Shown: one piece after another, positions 39,328 through 46,484 of the stretch
Numbering within the stretch: position 1 is the stretch's first letter
Layout of the letters: each line of letters opens with the position of its first letter
DNA from: a virus
Lineage: Duplodnaviria > Caudoviricetes
Virus record (IMG/VR): IMGVR_UViG_3300021400_000379
Location: 1 to 64,000 of that record
DNA length: 64,000 nucleotides
Reading direction: 5' to 3' (one strand)
Notes under the pieces: model-generated
The model's database searches: none
The model's input: the letters and a program-made list of their open reading frames with translations, nothing else
What the model was told of the DNA's origin: nothing
Program-made: the position numbers and the translations under genes

Positions 39328-39816
39328 TCATATCCTTTTTAGGACACCATCGCGTTGCATTTCACCCATTGGGGTTAATCTATGACATTTTGAGCACTCC
39401 AGCGGAAGCGTTCTCCAAGGCATCATATATCTCTGGCCACAAGCACATTTATAGGATCTATTCGGGGGGTCCGGAACAGGTGAGTCGTTACTTCCGTGCC
39501 CATAATAGTCAAAATAAATCTTCTCCAGAGATTGGTCCAGCCCGATTTGTCTGAAATCTGCATGTTTTTCCAATTTTGAGGAGTCTATACGCGTATCACG
39601 TGCTCTTTCCATCTGCGCATAATCCTCGGTACGGTGGATAAAATGTTTTGTAGAGGAGTCTATCGCGCCATATTGCTTAACAAGGCTCTTTTCCACCACA
39701 TCTTGGTCAACAACGTGAAGAAGAAGCTCTGTATCCATGAGTCTTGCATTTTGATGCAGGTCCGAGAGGAAGGATCTCCTGAGATTCTCCCGGAATTGTT
39801 CGGTACTGCGTTTCAT
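39328..39816 (-). CDS. hypothetical protein with C-terminal Zn ribbon
   Basis: CACG...CSKC. Confidence 0.7.
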   Translation of the reverse strand: MKRSTEQFRENLRRSFLSDLHQNARLMDTELLLHVVDQDVVEKSLVKQYGAIDSSTKHFIHRTEDYAQMERARDTRIDSSKLEKHADFRQIGLDQSLEKIYFDYYGHGSNDSPVPDPPNRSYKCACGQRYMMPWRTLPLECSKCHRLTPMGEMQRDGVLKRI

Positions 39817-39873
39817 AAGACTACATATGTAGTAATTGGTATAAGAAACCCCCCGAAGGGGGAAGGAGTTTTA

Positions 39874-41070
39874 TCAGAGCCCGATGTCAGGAGTGCTTGT
39901 AGGATGTTTGAGTCCGTCGTCTGTGACCGCGGGCTCTCCTTCCTCGGGCATAACCTCGGAAATCATCTGAAGCAGCTGCTGGGCGCTCTCGGGATTGGCG
40001 AGCATCTGCTGGATTTCCTCGGGGGACATGCCAAGAGCCTGTGCGAGTGCCTGAATCTCCTCGGGAGTAAGGTCACCGCTCTCGGCAGGTGCCTCAGCAG
40101 GTGCCTCGGCAGGAGGCATTTCTGCGGGAACATCCTCGGGCACCTGCTCGGGAGGAGGAGATCCAGCCGCCTCGGACTTGGTAATCGATGCGGCAGGGGC
40201 CTCTGGCACGAACTGATATCCGTTCTTGATATCCTGCCAGCTGGGAATCTCTCCGAACTTGATACTCTTCTTGACGGGGGTAGATTCTGACTTTGCGATA
40301 GATGCTGTTGTATTTGTCTCGGTCATTTTATTCACCTGTGCTGTCTTAGTGATTGTTGTGCGGGTATGCTCTGCGGGAGTAGATGCGTTATATCCAGACC
40401 CAGCATGGGATTTCATGTACTCCTCGCGGATCTCTGCGAAGGACTTGATGGGTGGGAAGGGATCTGCCTCCTCTGGGACGGCCTTCTGGATGGACTCAGA
40501 AGAGGTCTCTGCGGGCTCCTCGGACTTCTTGACTTTCTTTTCGTCCTTCTTGTCCTTGTCATCCTTCTCTTCATCCTCTTTCTTGTCCTTCTCCCCGCCC
40601 TCTCCTTCTTTCTTCTCGGGAGCGGGTGCCTCTTCCTCCTCAACGGGGGGTTCAGCCTCTGGCGTGTTCTCGGCAGGAGCCTCCTCTACAGGTGGCATCT
40701 CCTCTGCAGGACCATCGAGAGCGCCCGGATCACCCATCGGTGCGGGCTCTCCTTCTGCTTCGGCAACTTCCTCAGGCGCGACTCCCTCACCTGCAAGCTC
40801 CTTCTGGTGCTCGGTGTTCCTGAAGTATTCGATTACGGCCTCGGGCGAGTCAAATCCTTCTGCAATTTTCTTAGGAAGTTCTCCTTCCTCTGGGTCTTGG
40901 ATGATGACGTATGCTTGGCACAGTCCATCCTCATGCAGTTCGATACCGTAGTTGTTCCATCTGTAAAAGGGATCGGCATGCTCATCAGAGGTGCCGATAC
41001 CCTCTACAATCTCCATCTCCTCCCATTCCTCAAAAGGTGGGAAATCCGATTTTTGAATTTGTGTGGGCAT
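39874..41070 (-). CDS. acidic, Pro/Glu-rich low-complexity protein, probable internal head or scaffold protein
   Basis: Many [IV]xK[SA] motifs; TTTATAG box upstream. Confidence 0.7.
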   Translation of the reverse strand: MPTQIQKSDFPPFEEWEEMEIVEGIGTSDEHADPFYRWNNYGIELHEDGLCQAYVIIQDPEEGELPKKIAEGFDSPEAVIEYFRNTEHQKELAGEGVAPEEVAEAEGEPAPMGDPGALDGPAEEMPPVEEAPAENTPEAEPPVEEEEAPAPEKKEGEGGEKDKKEDEEKDDKDKKDEKKVKKSEEPAETSSESIQKAVPEEADPFPPIKSFAEIREEYMKSHAGSGYNASTPAEHTRTTITKTAQVNKMTETNTTASIAKSESTPVKKSIKFGEIPSWQDIKNGYQFVPEAPAASITKSEAAGSPPPEQVPEDVPAEMPPAEAPAEAPAESGDLTPEEIQALAQALGMSPEEIQQMLANPESAQQLLQMISEVMPEEGEPAVTDDGLKHPTSTPDIGL

Positions 41071-41130
41071 ATATACCGAAAATAGAATCTGTCTCACGCT
41101 ATAAATAGGGATACCCTGGCAACGCTACTC

Positions 41131-41138
41131 TTTTATAC
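41131..41138 (+). promoter_or_regulatory. TATA box for the tRNA operon
   Basis: TTTTATAC just over 20 nt upstream of the first structured element at 41161. Confidence 0.5.
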
Positions 41139-41160
41139 CTGCTAGATATATAGTTATTCT

Positions 41161-41216
41161 GCAGGCGAAATATACGGCCCTCATAGCCCAATGTACATCT
41201 CGTATCTTTTGCCTGC
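41161..41216 (+). ncRNA. long hairpin leader of the tRNA operon
   Basis: GCAGGCGAAA/TTTTGCCTGC plus ATACG/CGTAT pairing. Confidence 0.45.
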
Positions 41217-41219
41217 GAC

Positions 41220-41294
41220 GCCTCTATGGCCTAACAGAATGGCACTCGCCCTGTAAGCGAGCGATTGTGGGTGCAAGTCCCATTGGAGGCTCCA
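41220..41294 (+). tRNA. tRNA-Thr(UGU), atypical (C33, TGCAAGT T-loop)
   Basis: Acceptor GCCTCTA/TGGAGGC, U73, CCA; anticodon arm CTCGC-CCTGTAA-GCGAG. Confidence 0.8.
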
Positions 41295-41295
41295 T

Positions 41296-41371
41296 GTCCA
41301 GGTAACTCAGCTGGTAGAGTGTTCGGCTGTTAACCGAACTGTCCAAGGTTCAAGTCCTTGCCTGGACGCCA
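41296..41371 (+). tRNA. tRNA-Asn(GUU)
   Basis: Canonical cloverleaf, loop CTGTTAA, CCA. Confidence 0.95.
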
Positions 41372-41373
41372 AT

Positions 41374-41449
41374 AAGGGGGTAGGGAAGAGGTCATCCCAC
41401 TTGGCTCATAACCAAGAGATCGGTGGTTCAAGTCCATCCCCCCTTACCA
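41374..41449 (+). tRNA. tRNA-Met(CAU), archaeal initiator-like
   Basis: A1-U72, GGGA/TCCC D-stem, loop CTCATAA, CCA. Confidence 0.85.
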
Positions 41450-41454
41450 CTAAA

Positions 41455-41505
41455 CACAGACAGGTGATCAAACTGCAACTGGGAACTAGGTGCCTGTCTG
41501 TGACC
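41455..41505 (+). ncRNA. minihelix-like hairpin between tRNAs
   Basis: CACAGACAGG/CCTGTCTGTG 10-bp stem followed by ACC. Confidence 0.45.
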
Positions 41506-41513
41506 TTTAATCT

Positions 41514-41589
41514 GGGTTCGTGGTGTAGCTTGGCATCACCGTTGCCCTGGGAGCAACAGACTGCGGTTCAAATCCGCACGAACCCACCA
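41514..41589 (+). tRNA. tRNA-Pro(UGG) with C33
   Basis: GGGTTCG/CGAACCC; arm GTTGC-CCTGGGA-GCAAC; CCA. Confidence 0.9.
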
Positions 41590-41591
41590 AT

Positions 41592-41669
41592 GGACGTATA
41601 GCATAGTCGGTCCAATGCGCCGTTCTTATAAAGCGGAGATCGCCCGTTCGAATCGGGTTACGTCCACCA
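41592..41669 (+). tRNA. tRNA-Ile(UAU)
   Basis: GGACGTA/TACGTCC; arm CCGTT-CTTATAA-AGCGG; A73, CCA. Confidence 0.9.
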
Positions 41670-41671
41670 AT

Positions 41672-41749
41672 GGGCCTGTATCTCAGACAGGTTTGAGAAC
41701 CCGCCTTTTAAGCGGGTAGACAGGGGTTCGAATCCCCTCAGGCCCACCA
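41672..41749 (+). tRNA. tRNA-Lys(UUU)
   Basis: Arm CCCGC-CTTTTAA-GCGGG; CCA. Confidence 0.93.
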
Positions 41750-41754
41750 TAAAC

Positions 41755-41827
41755 AGTCCCGTAGTGTAGCGGTCAAGCACCTCGGCCTTTGGAGCCGATA
41801 ACCCTGGTTCGAATCCGGGCGGGACTA
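41755..41827 (+). tRNA. tRNA-Gln(UUG)
   Basis: Archaeal A1-U72 acceptor AGTCCCG/CGGGACT; loop CTTTGGA. Confidence 0.93.
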
Positions 41828-41832
41828 CCTAT

Positions 41833-41908
41833 GCCATCATAGGACAGTGACGAAACCGCCCGCTTCGTAAACGGGAGAGCGTGGGTTAGAAACCCACTGA
41901 TGGCACCA
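41833..41908 (+). tRNA. degenerate tRNA, probably Thr(CGU)
   Basis: GCCATCA/TGATGGC plus ACCA; loop TTCGTAA with C31-A39 mismatch; T-loop TTAGAAA; weak D-arm. Confidence 0.6.
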
Positions 41909-41909
41909 A

Positions 41910-41994
41910 GGGGAGATAGTCTAGCCTGGTAAGGCGGCAGTCTTGAAAACTGCAGCGACTCGGTCGCATGGGGGTTCAAATCCCTCTCTCCCCG
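41910..41994 (+). tRNA. tRNA-Ser(UGA)
   Basis: Long variable arm GCGAC-TCG-GTCGC; loop CTTGAAA; G73. Confidence 0.93.
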
Positions 41995-42010
41995 CTAATT
42001 TTAAAATTTT

Positions 42011-42067
42011 CGAGCAGAGGTCAAAGGTAGAGTTCCATCCCTGGAGTCGGATCCTGTGACATGCTCG
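42011..42067 (+). ncRNA. irregular hairpin downstream of the tRNA cluster
   Basis: Nested pairings CGAGCA/TGCTCG, GTCA/TGAC, AGG/CCT, TTCCA/TGGAG. Confidence 0.4.
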
Positions 42068-42187
42068 ACATCCTCACCCCTTGGTTTACCTAGGCCCTCG
42101 GGGACTGTTTTCTTGGATGGGCGATATGATTTCTCGTCACATTATATAAGCGAAATCGCTATAAATACATACGGATTTCAACTATCC

Positions 42188-42355
42188 ATGAAATCTATCT
42201 GTATTTCTACCGAGACTGCTGTTGGTTGCAAAAAAATCACCTATGAGGTCCCCGAGATTGTCTTTGACTATGTCGTTAAGGTCCTCGAGGGTGAGGAGCC
42301 CGTCCCCTCTGTCACTATGACCGAGGGCGAGCAGGCCCCTGAGGCAACCTACTGA
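42188..42355 (+). CDS. small acidic protein
   Basis: TATA-like boxes upstream, hairpin downstream. Confidence 0.6.
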   Translation: MKSICISTETAVGCKKITYEVPEIVFDYVVKVLEGEEPVPSVTMTEGEQAPEATY

Positions 42356-42427
42356 AATCATTTACGGGCCTTCATGGCCCGGTATATCTTTTTGATCCGA
42401 TATGCACCGCGAGGAGTGGTAGCATAC

Positions 42428-42865
42428 TCAAGCATCTTCTCTTCTGTCCTTGGTTTGCTCTTTCTGCTGTATGTAGGCTCTGTTGACTTCTCTTCTGTAG
42501 GCATCTGCGGCCTCCCTGAACCTGTCGTCCTTCATACAGTACTCCGAGATGACTCTCGACTTCTCATCAGCCATCTTTTTGCGTGCATTTTTGACATCTG
42601 GGTCATCCTTGACCGCAGACTCCATCACTACGAACAGATCCAGATCCATGGGAGTAGGTTTCTGCCCGTTCTCCTCCAGATTCTTCACCTTGGTCTCGAG
42701 TGAATCGAGTTTTTTGATGAGATCTGGGATGTAAATCCCGTCCGACATCATCTTGGAAAAGGCGGAGTAGTTATCTGCCTGTTGCTGTGTGCTGAGCGTG
42801 TTGCCATTGTTGCCGATGGCCTTTAGAATGTTGCTATATTGGTTTGTGTCCATGTGTCTCACCAA
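42428..42865 (-). CDS. hypothetical coiled-coil protein
   Basis: Downstream neighbour of 42951..43889. Confidence 0.7.
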   Translation of the reverse strand: MVRHMDTNQYSNILKAIGNNGNTLSTQQQADNYSAFSKMMSDGIYIPDLIKKLDSLETKVKNLEENGQKPTPMDLDLFVVMESAVKDDPDVKNARKKMADEKSRVISEYCMKDDRFREAADAYRREVNRAYIQQKEQTKDRREDA

Positions 42866-42950
42866 CGTGAATATATGAAAGGGGTTTGACCCCCGAGGTT
42901 TACAGCCTCAGGGGTCGGGGAGGATCAGGTCCTCCCAGTCGGGGTCGGCC

Positions 42951-43889
42951 TCAAGAAAGAGTACCGGTTCCCGTTCCGGTCCAGGTTCCCGCAGTGGTGT
43001 CGAGAGTCCCTTGGATGGTTGTGGCAATGGTGTCCTTGTTCTGGATAGCTGTGAGGATTGCCTGTGTGTTGGCAGTACTCCTCTGCTGTGCCAGCTGGTC
43101 GCGGAGCTGTTGGATCTCCCTCTGGTCCTCACGGTTCCTGATCAGGCAGAACTGCTCTGCGAGGTATGCGTTCTGATCACAGAAAGCCTTGGTGATCAGG
43201 GTGTTCTGCTCGTTGAACAGCTGCTGGTTCTGGTAACCAGCGGTGGCGAACGCATTGGCCATGGACTGACCGAGGTCAGCCACGGACCTCTGGACTCCGT
43301 TGAGTCCCCTCTCGGTTCCGAGCTGGATGGCGTTGCTCTGGGCCTGCATCTCGGTCCTGATGTTGCAACAGCAGGACTGAATCGCGGACTTGATGTCGCC
43401 CCTGTTGATGGCGATCTCCTTGTCCATGGCGGCCAGTGCCTGATTGATCTGCACCACGTCGGTGTTGAGGTTGTTGGCCAGTGCCTGAACGGCTGCGGTC
43501 TGTGCCTGTCCGCTCTGCGTGATAGCCTGCATCATCTGGTTGAAATTTCCCTCATTGATAATGGTCCTGTCGAGACCGAGGTCTCCGCGGTTGTTGCCCC
43601 ATCCGAATCCGTTTCCACCCATAAGGATGACAAGGAACAGAAGGAAAAGAAGTCCTCCACCGTGTCCGAATCCGTCGTTGTTCTGAAGCATCGCAAGGAT
43701 GCCTGGGTCAATGCCTTTCTGGCTGAGAAGTCCCGCCAGCATTCCTGAATCATAAGATTCTCCCATTTTCTCATCTCCTAGCATACGTATGAGACTATCT
43801 GTATCGTGTCCTATATGCTCTAATTTATCGTGCTCCCATTTCTGGTAGCTCGACCAATCAAAGCTATCGGATTTGACCTCTTCGTCCAT
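42951..43889 (-). CDS. Gly-rich TM plus coiled-coil CCC-motif protein of gut-phage type, function unknown
   Basis: GGGLLFLLFLVILMGGNGFGWG, QSCCCN, Q/N-rich coiled coil; alternative start 43766. Confidence 0.75.
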   Translation of the reverse strand: MDEEVKSDSFDWSSYQKWEHDKLEHIGHDTDSLIRMLGDEKMGESYDSGMLAGLLSQKGIDPGILAMLQNNDGFGHGGGLLFLLFLVILMGGNGFGWGNNRGDLGLDRTIINEGNFNQMMQAITQSGQAQTAAVQALANNLNTDVVQINQALAAMDKEIAINRGDIKSAIQSCCCNIRTEMQAQSNAIQLGTERGLNGVQRSVADLGQSMANAFATAGYQNQQLFNEQNTLITKAFCDQNAYLAEQFCLIRNREDQREIQQLRDQLAQQRSTANTQAILTAIQNKDTIATTIQGTLDTTAGTWTGTGTGTLS

Positions 43890-43958
43890 ATTATTTCCTG
43901 CCCATGTGGGCAGAATATTAACTGCGATGAAGGTTAATAAAGAAAATTTTGAATATCC

Positions 43959-44126
43959 TTATATACTAAATATCGCAGATTTCAGTCTGGGTCTTCCTCT
44001 TTTTCTGTCAGAATACTGATAGGGATTCAATTTGCGTTCACATCTTGCGATGTGTTTGCGGATGTACTCTTTGGTGTAGAGTGAAAGATTCTTCTTGCAA
44101 AACGGGCACCTGGCATCATCTGACAT
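43959..44126 (-). CDS. C2HC zinc finger plus AT-hook microprotein (55 aa)
   Basis: MSDDARCPFCKKNLSLYTKEYIRKHIARC...RKRGRPR; not in the ORF track. Confidence 0.7.
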   Translation of the reverse strand: MSDDARCPFCKKNLSLYTKEYIRKHIARCERKLNPYQYSDRKRGRPRLKSAIFSI

Positions 44127-44220
44127 GCGCAAATATCTTTATCTGGGTATATGAAACGCACTATCATTTTTCAATACAGTTGGATTAGTTGAAATATATC
44201 TATTGCGATTATTCAATCCC

Positions 44221-44316
44221 ACCCCTTCTGGCGCAGGAGTTCTATGAAACGGGCTTCCAACAGGAGGAAAATAATTTTACCTTGGTTCAACCGGATCATC
44301 CGGCCGGCCAAGGGCT
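44221..44316 (+). ncRNA. candidate two-hairpin small RNA
   Basis: AATATATC box upstream, two multi-stem hairpins, terminator directly downstream. Confidence 0.45.
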
Positions 44317-44317
44317 G

Positions 44318-44352
44318 AAACTGTTTAAAGGGGGCGCAAGCCCCTACTTTTT
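44318..44352 (+). terminator. AAACTGTTT plus hairpin terminator
   Basis: GGGGC-GCAA-GCCCC followed by TACTTTTT. Confidence 0.7.
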
Positions 44353-44377
44353 ATATCTTGTTCATCATTTTACTACT

Positions 44378-44830
44378 ATGTTAGGTATAACCAATGCGAC
44401 ATATTTTGATAACACACGTATTCAGATAACAAGTAAAACTCTCGGTTCGTCACTAACAATGTGGGGATCGTTAGAATATCTTCGTATTGCACCAAAAAAA
44501 GGATTGTTGAATGGTTGTATTCACATTCCCCCCAATTCTTCTAATACCTTCCCTGTTACCACCCTCGATATTCTTGGAAATCTTTTAGGTATCTCTATCA
44601 AAAAACCTTCCGCGTATTATCAGACAGGAAAATGGTCTGCTCACGGAGGAAATAACTCATATTTGCAATATTGTGAATACGGAACTTATGTAAACATCTA
44701 TCCAGAGGGTGCTGTTCAATTTGGAAGATTTTATTATAATTCAGATAATATTTTGACTGGAGATTGGACATTAAGTGATATGTCTGACGCCCATATACAA
44801 TTTTGGGATGTATATATAGAAGAAAATTGA
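44378..44830 (+). CDS. AT-rich hypothetical protein (150 aa), moron-like
   Basis: TTTTATAT box upstream of ATG 44378; own terminator. Confidence 0.65.
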   Translation: MLGITNATYFDNTRIQITSKTLGSSLTMWGSLEYLRIAPKKGLLNGCIHIPPNSSNTFPVTTLDILGNLLGISIKKPSAYYQTGKWSAHGGNNSYLQYCEYGTYVNIYPEGAVQFGRFYYNSDNILTGDWTLSDMSDAHIQFWDVYIEEN

Positions 44831-44850
44831 GGGGGATATTCCCCCTCAAT
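44826..44850. terminator. convergent hairpin
   Basis: ATTGAGGGGGA-TAT-TCCCCCTCAAT between two convergent stops. Confidence 0.7.
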
Positions 44851-44854
44851 CCTC

Positions 44855-46483
44855 TTAATTAAGTATATACCCGATATGAAATGTCATCTCCTCAAGTTCC
44901 TGTTGAGTATATTGCTTCTTAGCATAGATGATGATTTTATCTGTATCTGTTGACGCAATCGGGGCCCAAATTCCTTTTGCAAGTTCATCCATTCCAAATG
45001 TCACTGTCGGGATATGATATATATTGGCACCCGTAACTGTAAACCAATATTCATAATACCCTGATACTACCGTAGATGCATCCCCTCCGAAGATGGCTCT
45101 GGATTGCACTTCACTCGATAAATCATTTCCAGAAAGATTGATCCATCTTGATCCATCACTATATACGATATCTCCGGGAGCAATCGTGCAAGATCCTGCA
45201 ACTACCTCGGGGTGCGCGGAGCTACTACCACTCCCTCCTCCGCCACCGCTAATTGGATGATTGGCAACGTACGCACGCGATATTGTTGCAACGTCCTTCT
45301 GAGTCCACGAGAGAGAGGCCCTGATTTCACTTATATAATATTGATTTTTAGTTGATGCGTATGGTATCGATAAAGAGACTGTTGAAGTAGTGATTTGTCC
45401 CATATATATCATATTCTGGGTGCCTATCAAATCCCACTGTGTACCGTTATATACCAACAAGCACAATCCATTGAGGAGCATTCTATCACTACCGCTCCCT
45501 ATTATTACTCCGCGATACCGTATAGATTTGGCTCCCGTACCATTGATATTCAATGTAGGGGAATTTGCTGTATTAACATAACTAAAGTTCACATACACCG
45601 TAAGCCCCTTACTAAGTATCGGTGTTCCAGTGGTTATGGTTGCAGTTTTGGCTGCCGTAGTCGAAGTGGTAGTACATGATGCGTACCTATTAAGTGTCCC
45701 ACTTACATCAGAGGTAATTGAGTCCATATTGTTGATATCATGCTTACCGACTAACTCCCAATGTGAGTCAATATATATGAAATCGCATACACCTGCAATA
45801 AGTGATTTATTTAATCCAGAGGTTATTTTTGATCCCTTGTAATAGATATTTTTTGCACCACTGCCATTAACATTCAGTGTAGGTGTACTTGCAGTATTCG
45901 GATATGAGAAATTAATGGATACCCTTATGCCTGTCTCTGCGGAATTAAGTGTGGGGAATGTACCCCCCTTGATAGTGGCCGTCTTCGCAGCAGTAGCCGC
46001 GGATGTATTACATGATCCGTACCTATTAATTGTCACACCTGTGATGCCATCCTGTTTGATGGCCTGAAGATCTGCGTTCTTCGCATAGTTCGTGTCAATC
46101 CTCACGCCGTTACCATCGCGGATAGCAGAGTCGACCTGAACCTTGTTGCCGTTCAGGAGGATGTGTTCGTAATCCACAGGAGACACACCAGTACCATCGA
46201 CTACATATAGCTCGGCATAATTATTCGAGGTTACGGATTTGTTGATTGTTGCCCCATTGGTATATGTTGCTGTATCCGCATTTGCTGATAAAGAGAATCC
46301 TGTAAATGTTCCGCTTCCATTATAGGTATATATTGTAGTAGTAGTTGATGCGCCATCAATATTCTTTATTCCGTCAAGACCCGTAGATGTAACCTTATAA
46401 CTACTATATGCCGTAGGCCCGTCGAACACATAGAGCTCGGTCTGACCATCATTAGAATATATCTTTATTCCATACGTAGCCAT
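44855..46483 (-). CDS. tail fibre or receptor-binding protein
   Basis: Two C.T...TAAKTATI...N..NTA..PTLN.NG.GAK.I repeats; VQVDSAIRDG motif. Confidence 0.75.
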   Translation of the reverse strand: MATYGIKIYSNDGQTELYVFDGPTAYSSYKVTSTGLDGIKNIDGASTTTTIYTYNGSGTFTGFSLSANADTATYTNGATINKSVTSNNYAELYVVDGTGVSPVDYEHILLNGNKVQVDSAIRDGNGVRIDTNYAKNADLQAIKQDGITGVTINRYGSCNTSAATAAKTATIKGGTFPTLNSAETGIRVSINFSYPNTASTPTLNVNGSGAKNIYYKGSKITSGLNKSLIAGVCDFIYIDSHWELVGKHDINNMDSITSDVSGTLNRYASCTTTSTTAAKTATITTGTPILSKGLTVYVNFSYVNTANSPTLNINGTGAKSIRYRGVIIGSGSDRMLLNGLCLLVYNGTQWDLIGTQNMIYMGQITTSTVSLSIPYASTKNQYYISEIRASLSWTQKDVATISRAYVANHPISGGGGGSGSSSAHPEVVAGSCTIAPGDIVYSDGSRWINLSGNDLSSEVQSRAIFGGDASTVVSGYYEYWFTVTGANIYHIPTVTFGMDELAKGIWAPIASTDTDKIIIYAKKQYTQQELEEMTFHIGYILN

Positions 46484-46484
46484 T

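Noticed and set aside
41220-41294. Reading the first tRNA as Tyr(GUA)
   Set aside because: The 5-bp stem centres TGT in a 7-nt loop, and G1-C72, C2-G71, U73 fit archaeal Thr rather than Tyr (C1-G72)
41161-42067. tRNA-Pyl or amber suppressor tRNA
   Set aside because: No cloverleaf or hairpin carries a CUA anticodon loop; the GGGGGACGG near 116 does not continue into a tRNA
44189-44377. N-terminal extension of the 213-aa track ORF
   Set aside because: It crosses a terminator, and a TATA box supports ATG 44378
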